Positions 18,540-29,146 of a stretch of 64,000 nucleotides of DNA are shown piece by piece. How positions within the stretch are numbered: position 1 is the stretch's first letter; each line of letters begins with the position of its first letter. The notes beneath the pieces are model-generated. The model was given only the letters and a program-made list of their open reading frames with translations, had not been told where the DNA came from and did not search any database. Made by a program: the position numbers and the translations under genes. The stretch spans positions 83,518 through 147,517 of IMG/VR virus record IMGVR_UViG_2744054987_000003; one strand, given 5' to 3'. The DNA comes from a virus (lineage: Duplodnaviria; Caudoviricetes).

Positions 18540-21349
18540 TAGATGCGTCCTTGCTTGAGCAAGTCAACGCCGATCGATCCGGCACTCAGTGACGCCGCCG
18601 AAGTCGTAGTCTTGGCCATCATGTCGGCAGCGCTCGGGTTTGACGGCGCACAGATCGTCGCCGTGGTGGTGTATCCATGCTCCATGTCGATGTCGTGGAC
18701 GACCCGCGAGACGTAGACCTGAAGTTTGTGGTCGGAGAACACGATCCGCATGCTGGGGAGCAGTTCTGGCAGGAAGGTGAAGCTCACCGAGGTCTGGTAT
18801 TGCTGCGCCCACTTCTGCATGAAAATTTGACAGGCCATCATGAACTCCAGCTCGCGGCTGCCAGTCAGGTTGGTGCTGATCTGATACGGACGAACACCGT
18901 ACTTCTGCAACAGCATTTGCCCGGTTAGCGAGGAGTTCTGATCGATGGCGACGTTGCGCAGGCGCTGAAACAGCCACTCGTCCTCGACCGTGGCCACGCC
19001 TGCGCTGGTGATCCATGACGAGACCTGATCCATGTTGCCGACGGTGGTGGTCTGGCCATTGACGTAGACGTGCGTGGTGAGCTGGTCGTCGGAGATGTCA
19101 ATGTGGACATCTTTGAGTTCGATGTCTTCGAGTTTCATCACGGCGGGCTTGTGATCTAGCCCGAAGTAGTCGGGGTAGTAGGCACAGAAGTCCCCGTTGG
19201 GTGCCGACTGGAAGTTGCGCAAGGATGCCTTGCACAGTGATTGCACCATCTGGATCAATGGCTGTGAATCAATAAATTCTTTGTGCCCGCCAGAGTTCGC
19301 GATGAAATCCGCTGTAGGACTCAAGAACTCGCCGGGGTAGTACATGTAGGCGAACAGGTTTCGGGCGATCGGTTCGTCGTGAGTACCGCCAGTGCCCTGG
19401 TCGACGCCGGTGCTGGTGCTGGTGCCCGGCGGCATTCCCGGTCCAAGAGATGAGGGATCAGGGATAGGCAACGATGGGTCAGCGCCCCCGTTAGCGCATA
19501 TGTGCAGCACTGCGTCAATTTCGGTGGGCATCGGCACGAACCCGATGGGAATGCCGTAGTCGCTGGCGGCGAAGCAGACACCTGGCGCGATGTACATGAC
19601 TACGTGATCGAGACCGTTGGTGATGATCAGGTCACCGCGTTGGATATTGGATGGCGGTACGTGCTGCAGTGTGCTGTACATGGCCTGCGTCGTGCGTGGC
19701 AAGGTGATGCCGCTGGCGCGGTAAGCGAAGACCATCAGGCCCGAACAGTCGAAGGCCGCAGGTCCAGTTGCGCCGTACTGGTAGGGTTTGCCCGCCTGCG
19801 CCAGCGCCAGCATGACAGCGAGTTCGGAGTCAGGCACCGGACGACCGGCCACCGCGCTGACTGATGCTGCGCTGGGAGATTGAGTTACCTGTTCGACGGC
19901 GGCATCGGCCATGTCCGCGAGATTGATGCCTGCTACTCCGGCGACGTTGCTGACGGTTCCACTCAGCGGGTTGCTGGCTATCACCTGCGCGGCGGCGTCC
20001 GTTGCGCCACGTGCGGCTTTGACGGCATCAGTTGCGGCGGTGACGAAACCGTCGAACAGCACTGACGACCCGGCCTGCAATGCACGCTGGATGGCTTCGC
20101 CTGGGTCCATGTTGCGCCAGCTGAGCTTCTTGAGCTGTTGGAAGAACAGCGTTGACGCCTGGTAGGGATTCATGCGCTGACCGGCGCTGCCCCACTGCGC
20201 GAAGTTTTGCATCTGGAAGATACCCAGTGCGGTGCCGGTATTGCCGGGGCCGTCGTTGGGGATGTATTGGAGGCTGTCGGGTACCGCAGGGTTGGTTCTG
20301 TTGAGGATCACACCATTGCCCATGGCCATGGCGGCAGCGACACCGAGGATTGCGCCGTCTTGGTTCCGGGTGGCGCTCTGAATGTTCTGCGCGGCCTGGC
20401 CGAGCTGTTCCCAGGCAGCCTTCTGATTGCTGTCGCTGCCTAAAGCCGCAGCGTTGCCCTCCTGGCCCAAAGCAGCAGCCTCTTCGAGAGTTTGTGACGT
20501 CTGGAGGTCTAGTGCGACCGGCCCCATGCCCATGTCGTCACATGCTGCGATGATCTGGTTGACGTAGAACGGCATCCCGATGCCGACCGCGCCGCGCTGC
20601 GCTGCACCAGGGTTGTAGCTGGCGTAGTTGGGGTGGCCGATTGCGGTGTCATCGCCAAGCAGTAGGCGTTTGAAGTTGTACATCTGCGTTTGGCTGGCTG
20701 CGGAGTTCTTGGCGATTTCATCGGCCAGGAAGTTGTAGAACGTGACCGGGAAGTTCGCGATATGAATGTTGGCGGGATTCCAGTTGCCGACATCCATCAT
20801 CAACCGGGCCAGCAGCGAGCCGAGACCGCTGTCGTATTGCGGCTGGCCACTGCCTGCACTGCCTGCGGCGAAGTTGGGCTGGGTGAACAGCGATTGCGAG
20901 GCGATGAAGTTGGGATTCCACCAGGTGTGCAGCAGACGCTTGAGTGTGCAGGTGGCCTTGATGGTGATGACGCCCGGATAGAGTTGGCTGTGTGGCCCAG
21001 TGTCGACGTAGCCGGAAAACACCTGCTGCCATTCGAGACGCTTGAGCCAGATTTCGATGCGGTCCATCGGAGAGATGACCTTCGAGTAGCGTCCGCCCTT
21101 GTTGGTCAGCGTCACGAAGGCTGTCGATGCGCTGTTCTCCTCTTTGATGATTCGCGCACGCACGATGTCTGATGAGACGTCGATCTGTTCGGCGTTGTGG
21201 GCGATCCGCACCTTGATCTCCGGCGCATAGATCAGCGTCTTCATCGGGGGCGGGTTGTATGGATCGATGTCGATCCGCGACGAGAAGTCGTAAAGCCGAC
21301 TCTGCTCGGAGGTGTTGGTTGTCGTCGAGTAGGGCAGCGCTCCGGTCAT
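18539..21349 (-). CDS. Baseplate hub protein with NlpC/P60 peptidase and lysozyme-like insert
   Basis: GKPYQYGATGPAAFDCSGL...RGDL...DHVVMY; ALGIFQ...QWGS..QRMNP. Confidence 0.88.
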   Translation of the reverse strand: MTGALPYSTTTNTSEQSRLYDFSSRIDIDPYNPPPMKTLIYAPEIKVRIAHNAEQIDVSSDIVRARIIKEENSASTAFVTLTNKGGRYSKVISPMDRIEIWLKRLEWQQVFSGYVDTGPHSQLYPGVITIKATCTLKRLLHTWWNPNFIASQSLFTQPNFAAGSAGSGQPQYDSGLGSLLARLMMDVGNWNPANIHIANFPVTFYNFLADEIAKNSAASQTQMYNFKRLLLGDDTAIGHPNYASYNPGAAQRGAVGIGMPFYVNQIIAACDDMGMGPVALDLQTSQTLEEAAALGQEGNAAALGSDSNQKAAWEQLGQAAQNIQSATRNQDGAILGVAAAMAMGNGVILNRTNPAVPDSLQYIPNDGPGNTGTALGIFQMQNFAQWGSAGQRMNPYQASTLFFQQLKKLSWRNMDPGEAIQRALQAGSSVLFDGFVTAATDAVKAARGATDAAAQVIASNPLSGTVSNVAGVAGINLADMADAAVEQVTQSPSAASVSAVAGRPVPDSELAVMLALAQAGKPYQYGATGPAAFDCSGLMVFAYRASGITLPRTTQAMYSTLQHVPPSNIQRGDLIITNGLDHVVMYIAPGVCFAASDYGIPIGFVPMPTEIDAVLHICANGGADPSLPIPDPSSLGPGMPPGTSTSTGVDQGTGGTHDEPIARNLFAYMYYPGEFLSPTADFIANSGGHKEFIDSQPLIQMVQSLCKASLRNFQSAPNGDFCAYYPDYFGLDHKPAVMKLEDIELKDVHIDISDDQLTTHVYVNGQTTTVGNMDQVSSWITSAGVATVEDEWLFQRLRNVAIDQNSSLTGQMLLQKYGVRPYQISTNLTGSRELEFMMACQIFMQKWAQQYQTSVSFTFLPELLPSMRIVFSDHKLQVYVSRVVHDIDMEHGYTTTATICAPSNPSAADMMAKTTTSAASLSAGSIGVDLLKQGRI

Positions 21350-21909
21350 CGAGAGTCCTGTCCTCTCTGCGTGCCGTCATCACTGGTGACGTATTGCCCG
21401 TCGGTGGGGTGCTGTACGGGGCGCAGGCTCGCCGCAGAGGGAAGATTCATCACGCCGGTTGACCCGTACCCCACGACAGACAGCCAGGTCGCGCCAACGC
21501 TGGCAGCGGCAGCGCCCTGCGAGAAGACTGAATCGATAAGGTCGACCGACAGCTGTGCTCGGGGGGCAGGGTTGAAGCGCATGCCGCCGCCCTTGAAATT
21601 GGTAATCAGCCCGGTCCAGTTGTTGATGTCACGCTCGGGCCACCACAGGGTTACCGCCGCTGTTGTCGTCGGCACCGTCGACAGCGCGGACAGATGGTGC
21701 ATTCGCACGAAGGTCTGGAATTGCTGAAATAGCAGTTCGTTGGTGAACTGCAGATCGAACGTCACCTGCGGCTGTTCCTGCTTGGTGGGGAAGTGCTGTT
21801 GCATCCACCTGGTCTGGACACTCGACATGTCGCTGTACAGCAGCGTGGAGATACGTACGCAGTTCAGCTTGAAACTGCCCAGCGTGCTACTGAGTGTGAG
21901 TTGCGACAT
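21346..21909 (-). CDS. Tail/baseplate protein
   Basis: Coupled ORF in tail operon. Confidence 0.7.
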   Translation of the reverse strand: MSQLTLSSTLGSFKLNCVRISTLLYSDMSSVQTRWMQQHFPTKQEQPQVTFDLQFTNELLFQQFQTFVRMHHLSALSTVPTTTAAVTLWWPERDINNWTGLITNFKGGGMRFNPAPRAQLSVDLIDSVFSQGAAAASVGATWLSVVGYGSTGVMNLPSAASLRPVQHPTDGQYVTSDDGTQRGQDSR

Positions 21910-22077
21910 CTACTGCGTCGGCTGCGGCGGTGGGAGTTCCATCTGCATCGGTTCGCTAGACGGGTCGTAGACAAACCCCCACTGATAGGAGAACATCACA
22001 CCGCCGAGATTGACCTCGGGGTGCAGGTTAGGGAACTTGACCGGCCAGCTCACGGGAGCATTGCTGACAAACGACAA
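21910..22077 (-). CDS. 55-aa hypothetical protein (absent from ORF track)
   Basis: GGAGG RBS, TTG start, MSFVSNAPVSWPVKFPNLHPEV...PPPQPTQ; stop abuts next ATG. Confidence 0.6.
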   Translation of the reverse strand: MSFVSNAPVSWPVKFPNLHPEVNLGGVMFSYQWGFVYDPSSEPMQMELPPPQPTQ

Positions 22078-22108
22078 CCACCCACCTCCTCGCTAGATCC
22101 CTCTCCTA

Positions 22109-22675
22109 TTACTGCGCGAAGGCGGCGCTTTCGACGTAGGACTTGAGCTGACTTGCCGCGCTGCCGCTGTTGTAGGGACTCTTGACGAATCCGATGCCTG
22201 CGGCGAGACGACTGAGTTCACTGGAGATCGTGGAAGTGCTTGCCATGCCGGAGACATCTTCTTGGACCTTGAATCTCAGTTCGATCTCGCGGGTGGTGGC
22301 ATTGACCTTGTCCTCGAAAGGCACCGAGAGCGCATATATGCGGAACAGCCAGCCCCGTGTTGTGTAGCTGAAGATGCCAGGATTGCCTTTACGCTGATCG
22401 CCGATCATGTCGCGCATGAAGTGGATGATCTGGCGCAGGTACGGCCAGCCGCCGCGACCGCACTCGACGGTGACGATGAGATCCTCGATGCGGCAGCCGA
22501 GAACCTGGATGACGCGCCCACCGTAGGTGTTTTCGACTTTGGTCAAGAGCCGATAAGTCCACCAGATTTGGTTGGGGTTGGTGCGGAACTGAAGTGTGCG
22601 CCCCATGTGTTCGATGGTGCAGATCCCTTGCTGGAGACCAGGCGTGATGGGTGTTGCTGCGATCGGAATGGTCAC
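22109..22675 (-). CDS. Tail tube-initiator-like protein
   Basis: FRTNPNQI..TY...VENTYGG motif after tape measure. Confidence 0.65.
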   Translation of the reverse strand: MTIPIAATPITPGLQQGICTIEHMGRTLQFRTNPNQIWWTYRLLTKVENTYGGRVIQVLGCRIEDLIVTVECGRGGWPYLRQIIHFMRDMIGDQRKGNPGIFSYTTRGWLFRIYALSVPFEDKVNATTREIELRFKVQEDVSGMASTSTISSELSRLAAGIGFVKSPYNSGSAASQLKSYVESAAFAQ

Positions 22676-22678
22676 GGG

Positions 22679-24919
22679 TCACATCCCTGGTGGTGCGTTG
22701 TTCGATGTCGCATCGCCCCAGCCAGCGTTGGCTTGCTGCTGGTGTGGGGTGAGTTGTATGGTGTTGCCGCCCTGCGGCTGGAGGAGTCGCTGCGCTTCTG
22801 GCGTCAGTCCCAACAGCACTTGGCCCGAGACCTCCTGCTTGGTCACCATCGGTGTTTGCGCGAGTGTTTGGCCAGAACCTTGTGTGCCTCGCATCCGCCA
22901 CTTGTAGTCGCCGCTGGAGAGTTTCTCCATCATCTCCTCATTGCTGGCGTCATATTTAATAGATTTCCCTCGCTCATCAAGGATTTCAATATTCCGTTGT
23001 CCGTGCTGAGCAATGATGTTGTCCATCATCGGTATGTAATCCATTGAAGCCGCAGATGAAACTGTGTCATTGCGGTGAAGTATTCGTCCGCCAGCTTCCG
23101 CCCAGCGTCCGGCAACGCGGTTCCCCTTGCCCGTTGCGATGTCCGCGATCGAAGTACCGAGGGTCGCGGTGGCGTCTTTCGCAGTCGATGCAGTTGCTGC
23201 AAGAGCCGAAACAACACCACCGCCAATCGATGAAAAGAAGTTGCGATGGTGGACGGCGGTCTGTTCCTGTTTGGCTTCGTCGACCTTCTTCGTCGCCTCG
23301 CCCAGCGCATCCTCGCCGCCGATCAGACTGTGGTAAATCTGTGCGGCCTGCTGGTAGTCCATCGGCATACCCATCCGCGATAGCAGCAGCGAAAACATCT
23401 GTATCGCGTTGAGTTCGTCATCGGGGTACTGGTTGTGCGCCTGCTCGGCGAACTTGCGCAGGGCATCTTGTGTAACGCCGAGTCCGCCATCGGATTCGCG
23501 AGCGAACAGCGTGCCCGGAAGCGCCCCGGCGGGAGTTTTCCTACCCGCCATGCCGAAGATCATGGCCTGGCGCGATGGACTTGATGCGGCCCAGCCGGTG
23601 ATGTCACCGAGCTTGCCCTTGATAGCCATGTTGTTGTTCCAGGAGTTGGCCCCGATCATGCCCGCACGCTCGGCCAGTGGAGCTGAAACGCCTGCGCCTT
23701 CCAGCGCGGATGCGGTGCCCATGACTTTTTCCAGCATCTCGGGCTGGCTCATGGCACCGGTTTTGGACAGCTCCTGAATGATGCCGAGATTGGCTGCCAG
23801 TCCAGCCATCGACTGCCCGCCCTCGTTGACCTCTTTCTGCACCATCTTGAACGAGTCGCCGATCGCGATGTTCATCTGCGTGAGGTTGTGCTTGACGAAC
23901 TCGGTGACGTCGTCGAACTGCTTGCCCGAGTAGCCCTGGCTCAGTGCGCCCTGGATGATCTGGCGGCTTTGTTCGGTGGAGATGAATGGGTTCATGGCCA
24001 TCATGCGTGTGGCGGCGTCGGCCTCCAGCCCTTCGCCGAATCCGCCGCCGCGAATCGAACCAAGATTGCGGTATCCCTGCGCTACCTCACCGCCACGCTG
24101 GAACGCCTCATATCCCAGCATGCCCGCACCCAGAACGCCTGCGCCCTTGCCGAGCTTGCCCAGCATTCCGCCCAATGCGTCTCGATCAGAGGCCCCGGCC
24201 ATTGCGCCTATCCCCGACAGTGCAGCGCGGCCAATGCCTGCGACCGATCCGCCGACACGCATTTCGTTCATCACCTGGTTGGCCAACTTGGCACCACGGC
24301 CGATGTTTCCCATCGCGTCAAGGGTGTCGGTGGACCCCGGTTCGTGAGTCGCGCCGGGGTTCTCCTCGACTTGCTCGTCGACCGCGCGCTCGCGTTCGGC
24401 CACACGGTTGGCTGTTTCCTGGATCTGTTCGCGGCTCGCCGGAATGTCCTCCGGTCTCAGGTTGCCGCGAGCGCGCTGCATGTTGAGGTAAGTGTCAGGA
24501 TCGCGCTGCGATAGGTCGTTGGTCCTGGAATGAAAGTCGCTGCCGGAGGCGCGGGTGCCGGTGCCAGCCACACCGGTGCTAAAGGGGTCCACATAGCCGT
24601 GTGGCACTGAAAGACCGCCTGCGGTGGCAGAACCCGACGCCATGCGTTGTTGTAGCTCAGTGACGCGCTCAAGCTGCGTAACAAGGTTCTGTTGCGCGGT
24701 GGCGGCACGGTTGGCGGCTTCGCTGGTTTGATTGAGGTAGCTGACGAAGTTGTCTTGCGCCCGCCCGGCCGCTTCGGCTCCGACTCGGAATCGTTCGATT
24801 TCCTGGGTCATTTCGCGTAGCGAGGCGATCCCTTCAGTGGGGACGTCGATGGATAGGCGCGCGGCAACGAAGTCGTCGCCTTGCGAGAAGCTCGTGCTTC
24901 CACCGCCAGCGGTTGTCAT
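22679..24919 (-). CDS. Tape measure protein
   Basis: Ala/Gly-rich helical ~750 aa after chaperones; ATGA coupling. Confidence 0.75.
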   Translation of the reverse strand: MTTAGGGSTSFSQGDDFVAARLSIDVPTEGIASLREMTQEIERFRVGAEAAGRAQDNFVSYLNQTSEAANRAATAQQNLVTQLERVTELQQRMASGSATAGGLSVPHGYVDPFSTGVAGTGTRASGSDFHSRTNDLSQRDPDTYLNMQRARGNLRPEDIPASREQIQETANRVAERERAVDEQVEENPGATHEPGSTDTLDAMGNIGRGAKLANQVMNEMRVGGSVAGIGRAALSGIGAMAGASDRDALGGMLGKLGKGAGVLGAGMLGYEAFQRGGEVAQGYRNLGSIRGGGFGEGLEADAATRMMAMNPFISTEQSRQIIQGALSQGYSGKQFDDVTEFVKHNLTQMNIAIGDSFKMVQKEVNEGGQSMAGLAANLGIIQELSKTGAMSQPEMLEKVMGTASALEGAGVSAPLAERAGMIGANSWNNNMAIKGKLGDITGWAASSPSRQAMIFGMAGRKTPAGALPGTLFARESDGGLGVTQDALRKFAEQAHNQYPDDELNAIQMFSLLLSRMGMPMDYQQAAQIYHSLIGGEDALGEATKKVDEAKQEQTAVHHRNFFSSIGGGVVSALAATASTAKDATATLGTSIADIATGKGNRVAGRWAEAGGRILHRNDTVSSAASMDYIPMMDNIIAQHGQRNIEILDERGKSIKYDASNEEMMEKLSSGDYKWRMRGTQGSGQTLAQTPMVTKQEVSGQVLLGLTPEAQRLLQPQGGNTIQLTPHQQQANAGWGDATSNNAPPGM

Positions 24920-25300
24920 TTCCATTCTCCCCACAGCGGCTCACCGGGCATACGCACCTCACCGGCCCCGCTCATGGCGCGGCTGTTCTCGCGCTGTTCG
25001 TACCAGCGGTTGATGAGATCGATGTCGTTCACCGGCACCTCCATACTTTCTGCCGAGGGAGGGTCGATGACGCTGTTGAGACTGCCTTTATAGATCGCTT
25101 CCCAGCGCTCGTAGGACATGTTGAAGCACTGCATTTCGAGGTCGTCGCGGCGGGTTTCGTTGTAGACGCGCCGATCCATGTACAGCCAGTACAGCAGTGC
25201 CCAGTGCTGGAACTGATTGAGGTTAGGCTGATGGAGAATCCCCTGCTCGTGGGCTAGACGTATTTCAACCTCGGAGATGTCGTCTAGCCGCTGAGTTTTC
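24916..25300 (-). CDS. Tail assembly chaperone, -1 frameshift extension
   Basis: The -1 frame is open from GGGAAAA (25296-25302) through TQRLDDISEVEI into MDRRVYNE. Confidence 0.85.
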
Positions 25301-25820
25301 CCAGTTTTGTCGCCAGCTCCACGAACTCCTGATCCAACGCCATGATCTCGCGATAGATCCTGGTAAGCACCACAGGGTAGTAGGCCGACAGCGCTGCGAC
25401 CGTCTTGTCGAAGACCTCGTCGTCGGTCTCGTTCATGCTGAAGGCTTGGTACAGCGGCTTGCCGTCAACGGTTTTGATGCCTGCGGCACATACACCGAGC
25501 TGGAAGGCGCGGTGTTTCATCTCCGAGCCGTCGTGGGCCTTGCAGTACAGGCCGATGCGCAGTTCGTCGGAGACGCGCAGACTTTGAATGACGACGGTAT
25601 GCCCCATGACGTCGATGGTCTTGGTGCGCTGCCCGACGGTGAGTAGCTGCGAGAACAGGAGCCGTTCTTCCAGGCTCAGTTCGGTGACTTCTTCCGGCTC
25701 AGGCACCTCGGCGGCATCTTCGGGTGACTGATCCGCGAAGGGGAAGTCTTCCGGTGGAACGAAGCCAGATTCCATCGTGGGAACGGGGCCGTAGTTCGGC
25801 TCAGGGAACGTCATACTCAT
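25284..25820 (-). CDS. Tail assembly chaperone
   Basis: Ends KLGKLSG over slippery GGGAAAA; lies between tube and TMP. Confidence 0.85.
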   Translation of the reverse strand: MSMTFPEPNYGPVPTMESGFVPPEDFPFADQSPEDAAEVPEPEEVTELSLEERLLFSQLLTVGQRTKTIDVMGHTVVIQSLRVSDELRIGLYCKAHDGSEMKHRAFQLGVCAAGIKTVDGKPLYQAFSMNETDDEVFDKTVAALSAYYPVVLTRIYREIMALDQEFVELATKLGKLSG

Positions 25821-26221
25821 CGCCCCACAAGGTGTTCTGGGATCATGTTGGGATCAGGCGGCGGACCCCAGTTGTAGCCGGACGCTTCGTCTTCGTCCAA
25901 CTGGTTGTCGTAATCCTCGGCAGCCTGCTCTGCGCGCTCCTGGGCGCTGTTGTCCCAGTCGCGTCGCATCCGATTGAACTCTGTCTGGGTCCATCCCTCG
26001 TAGTCGCCGTCACCGGGGTCGAACTCCGGCTCGGCCGCATCGGGATGCACACCGCCGTAGGCGCTGTCGGGGATCTCGTCGAGCCGGGGCGCGGCAAAGC
26101 GATTCAGTCCGGCGGTGATGCGCGGTCCACGCAGCAAGTCGACGATGACGTCTGGGTCTGGTTGCACGTTGGCGTGACGTTCGGGCAGCCCGAACTGCTC
26201 TGCCTGTGTGGCGATCCTCAT
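25817..26221 (-). CDS. Acidic protein with N-terminal MRIATQAEQ leader
   Basis: AGGAG RBS; D/E-rich. Confidence 0.7.
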   Translation of the reverse strand: MRIATQAEQFGLPERHANVQPDPDVIVDLLRGPRITAGLNRFAAPRLDEIPDSAYGGVHPDAAEPEFDPGDGDYEGWTQTEFNRMRRDWDNSAQERAEQAAEDYDNQLDEDEASGYNWGPPPDPNMIPEHLVGR

Positions 26222-26259
26222 GGTGTCTCCTGCCGTTAAGTTTCGTGGGGCTAAACGAT

Positions 26260-26730
26260 TTACACGGGAGTCGTGTATGTGTATTGCACAGTGATCGATT
26301 TCGGCAGAGTCATCGTCCCGATGTTGATGTTTTCACCCGCATCGATATCCGTGATGACGCATCCGTGATACACAAGCGCACGCATCAATCCGCTTGGCGA
26401 GGTGACGACTTTCTGCATGGTGACCGCGCCCAGCGCCAGCTGCGTCTGCAGCACTTCGAGCAGGTTGATCGCGCCACCAAAGCCGGGCAGCTGTTGCCAC
26501 ACCCAGCTGACCCACTGCTCGTAGAACGTCATCCGCAACGTGCCTACGCCCACTGCGGTGGCGGTGACGATCTCCAGCGGCACAGGAGAATCGATTGGCT
26601 GCACAGCCTGGGCCGTGGCAACAGGTGTGGGTGCGGTGTCCTGAATCACCTGCAGGTACGCAAGGCGCTGGCCTTGGTACAGAAGGGTGGTCCAACCAGA
26701 CCCACCGAGCCGTGTAACCGAAGGTGCCAT
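26260..26730 (-). CDS. Tail tube protein
   Basis: Follows sheath; YHGCVITDIDAGE motif. Confidence 0.85.
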   Translation of the reverse strand: MAPSVTRLGGSGWTTLLYQGQRLAYLQVIQDTAPTPVATAQAVQPIDSPVPLEIVTATAVGVGTLRMTFYEQWVSWVWQQLPGFGGAINLLEVLQTQLALGAVTMQKVVTSPSGLMRALVYHGCVITDIDAGENINIGTMTLPKSITVQYTYTTPV

Positions 26731-26774
26731 CTCTTATCTCTCCTGATCCGGGGTCAGCCCTTGAAAGGTCTTGG

Positions 26775-28301
26775 CTAGATCGACTGCAAGGTGTTCGCCG
26801 AGCCGCCGAAGTCGTTGGCCGCGCTGCTTGACGGCGTGGTGATCGTGGATGTCGAAGTGCTGTTGGCGGAGTTTCCGGTGGTTCCCACCGAGATGTCGCC
26901 GGTCGATAGGCTGATCGCAAACCGGACCACCAGATAGTTCAGCGGGTAAGCCGGACGCCAGCCGAAGCTGACTTCGATGACGTCAGGATTGGTCAGCAGC
27001 TGACGAACTTTCAGTCCGTTGTAGCCGACAAGCAAGCTGTCACGCAGCAGGCTTTGCAGCGCGGCCTCGGCGGTGGCCTTGACGTTGATCAGCGTGTAGC
27101 TGTAGATCGGCTGCCCGATGAGATTCGCGGCGTCGAGGTAGTCGCGCATCCGGTAGGCCAATGCGTCCTGCTGGCCGATCACCGACCACTCGCGTGTGTT
27201 CAGGTTGGTGAAATCCGTTGTGACGCCGTGACGAACCTGAATGAGCTGCTGTGGGTTCTTCTCGATGACGAGCAGGCCGTTGGCGGTCTCGTTGGTCTTC
27301 TGACCGTCAGGCTGCAGCTCGCCGACATCGCGCCAGCCGCTGAGACGTTTACGCGTCAAAGGCTGCGCGAAACTCATCGCCACCGTCATCCCGGCCAGCG
27401 ATGCAGCCATGTACTGACCACCCAACGAAATGACCTTGGACAGTTCCGGCGCGTAGTACTTGAAGGTGTCCGGTGAGACCATCGCCACGCGCTCATCGGT
27501 GATCTCCTGGGCGTAAATGACCCGTTGAGCCGACGACACCGGCACTGTGGTGCCGTCCACCGCGACGATGCCGCGCCGCTCATAGCGTTGCGAGGACTGC
27601 GAATCCACGTGCTGCTGCACTGCGGCGTGCAGGTTCTGGTCTCCGCTGCAGGGGACCACGACCGCGACCGAGGGCTGGTAGGCGAGCTTGGCTAGTGCGC
27701 TACCCCATTCATCGTCGTCATCGGGGTTGATAGCGACGCACACGATCTTGTACGCGCCGTTGAGGAAGGCAAAGCGCGCGGCCAGGCTTAGCGGTGATTG
27801 GATATCGCCGTTGTCGTCGAAGGGCTTGCCATAAGCCGACTCGACGTCGTCGTACTCGTAGAAGGTGTAGGCGTTGTAGTAGGTGGTGTCGGTGTACTGG
27901 TAGGTCACCTGAACGGCATCGCCGGGAGCGATGTGCCCGCCGATGACTCGCTTGAGCGCATAACTGGCGTCGTCGGTTCCTTGGGTTCCTGACACCAGTG
28001 CGATGGTGTAGTCGGTGTTGACGGTGTAGCTCTGCCCGGAGTTGATGTTGGTGACCGTGAGCAGGTCGGTGTCGATACCCTGATGCGACAGCGTTCGAGT
28101 CAGCGAGGGCGTGGTGTCGTCGGTGTCGGGGTTGATGAGCACCGTTTCAACCTGGGTCTGGAAACCGACGCTTTCGCCGTAGAGGCCCACCGCGTTGGGC
28201 AGTGACGAGTTGACGGCGATCTGGGGACCGCTGTCGATGAGGGTGTAGATCCCCGGCGGCAGGTAGTTGGAAAAGTCCACCGCAGGCTGTACAGACGTCA
28301 T
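26775..28301 (-). CDS. Tail sheath protein
   Basis: YLPPGIY N-terminus; VRHGVTT; PAYPLNYL C-terminus. Confidence 0.92.
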   Translation of the reverse strand: MTSVQPAVDFSNYLPPGIYTLIDSGPQIAVNSSLPNAVGLYGESVGFQTQVETVLINPDTDDTTPSLTRTLSHQGIDTDLLTVTNINSGQSYTVNTDYTIALVSGTQGTDDASYALKRVIGGHIAPGDAVQVTYQYTDTTYYNAYTFYEYDDVESAYGKPFDDNGDIQSPLSLAARFAFLNGAYKIVCVAINPDDDDEWGSALAKLAYQPSVAVVVPCSGDQNLHAAVQQHVDSQSSQRYERRGIVAVDGTTVPVSSAQRVIYAQEITDERVAMVSPDTFKYYAPELSKVISLGGQYMAASLAGMTVAMSFAQPLTRKRLSGWRDVGELQPDGQKTNETANGLLVIEKNPQQLIQVRHGVTTDFTNLNTREWSVIGQQDALAYRMRDYLDAANLIGQPIYSYTLINVKATAEAALQSLLRDSLLVGYNGLKVRQLLTNPDVIEVSFGWRPAYPLNYLVVRFAISLSTGDISVGTTGNSANSTSTSTITTPSSSAANDFGGSANTLQSI

Positions 28302-28363
28302 CTCGTGCCCCTCTACTTAGGTCAGCGCCTTCACCTATTCCTGGTGCGACGCGAGTAGAGGAG

Positions 28364-29146
28364 CTAGAAGCGAGTTGGAGTGTCCGGTTCGTTGCGTTCG
28401 GCGATTTCGGGATCGACGTCGATGCGCGACAGCTCGTAGATGCCGTCATGGCTGAATGCTTTGGTGAAGTAGCCGAGGACATCGAAGGCGTAACTGTCTT
28501 CGTAGGCCAGCACATCAGGTTGCCAGGGCACACCCACGGTGGTGTTCTGTCCACCGGGGTACTGCACGTCGGTGTTGATCGAGATGGACATGTATGGGTT
28601 GCTGCACAGCGCATCGAGCAGTGTGCGGTTCTGTTTGACGTCGACCGTGGGGTCGGTGAGGACCATCTGCGGACCTCGGGCGAATCCCAGCAGTGAGGTC
28701 AGTTTGCCTGCGAGCCGGTCGCGGTCTTTGTTGTAGAGCGCAACGGTGGTCAAAGTGACACGACCACGAACCTCCTGCTCCTGCACGCTTGTCCAGACAC
28801 CGTCGATTTTGACTGTCGTCTCTTGCGAGATCCCGGCCCGCTGCAGGCTGGTGATGGAAAACTGCACCCACACACCAGGATAGAAAATCTTTTTGAGGGG
28901 GTACTCCAGGTCGACGTAGACCGTGTTGTCGTCGGGTTTGGAGTCGGCCGCAGAGCCGATGACTGTGATGCCGCTGGCGGTCAGTGCTTCGCGCACCGCG
29001 ACAACGACTGCGCGTTTGACGAACTCGATAACGCCGTCTTCGGTGCCGTCCGGCAGCGGCGGTGTGATCAGCGCCGAAGGGTCGGGTAGATCGTAGTCGC
29101 TCATAAACACCGAGGGCGCATACTGGCTGTCGTCGTCAGGCGGCAT
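28364..29146 (-). CDS. Tail terminator/neck protein
   Basis: Position before sheath; EYP...YP motif. Confidence 0.65.
   Translation of the reverse strand: MPPDDDSQYAPSVFMSDYDLPDPSALITPPLPDGTEDGVIEFVKRAVVVAVREALTASGITVIGSAADSKPDDNTVYVDLEYPLKKIFYPGVWVQFSITSLQRAGISQETTVKIDGVWTSVQEQEVRGRVTLTTVALYNKDRDRLAGKLTSLLGFARGPQMVLTDPTVDVKQNRTLLDALCSNPYMSISINTDVQYPGGQNTTVGVPWQPDVLAYEDSYAFDVLGYFTKAFSHDGIYELSRIDVDPEIAERNEPDTPTRF

Noticed and set aside
6668-28301. Sheath/tube/baseplate cluster as an eCIS or tailocin
   Set aside because: Portal, capsid, protease, repressor and att junction show it belongs to a full phage
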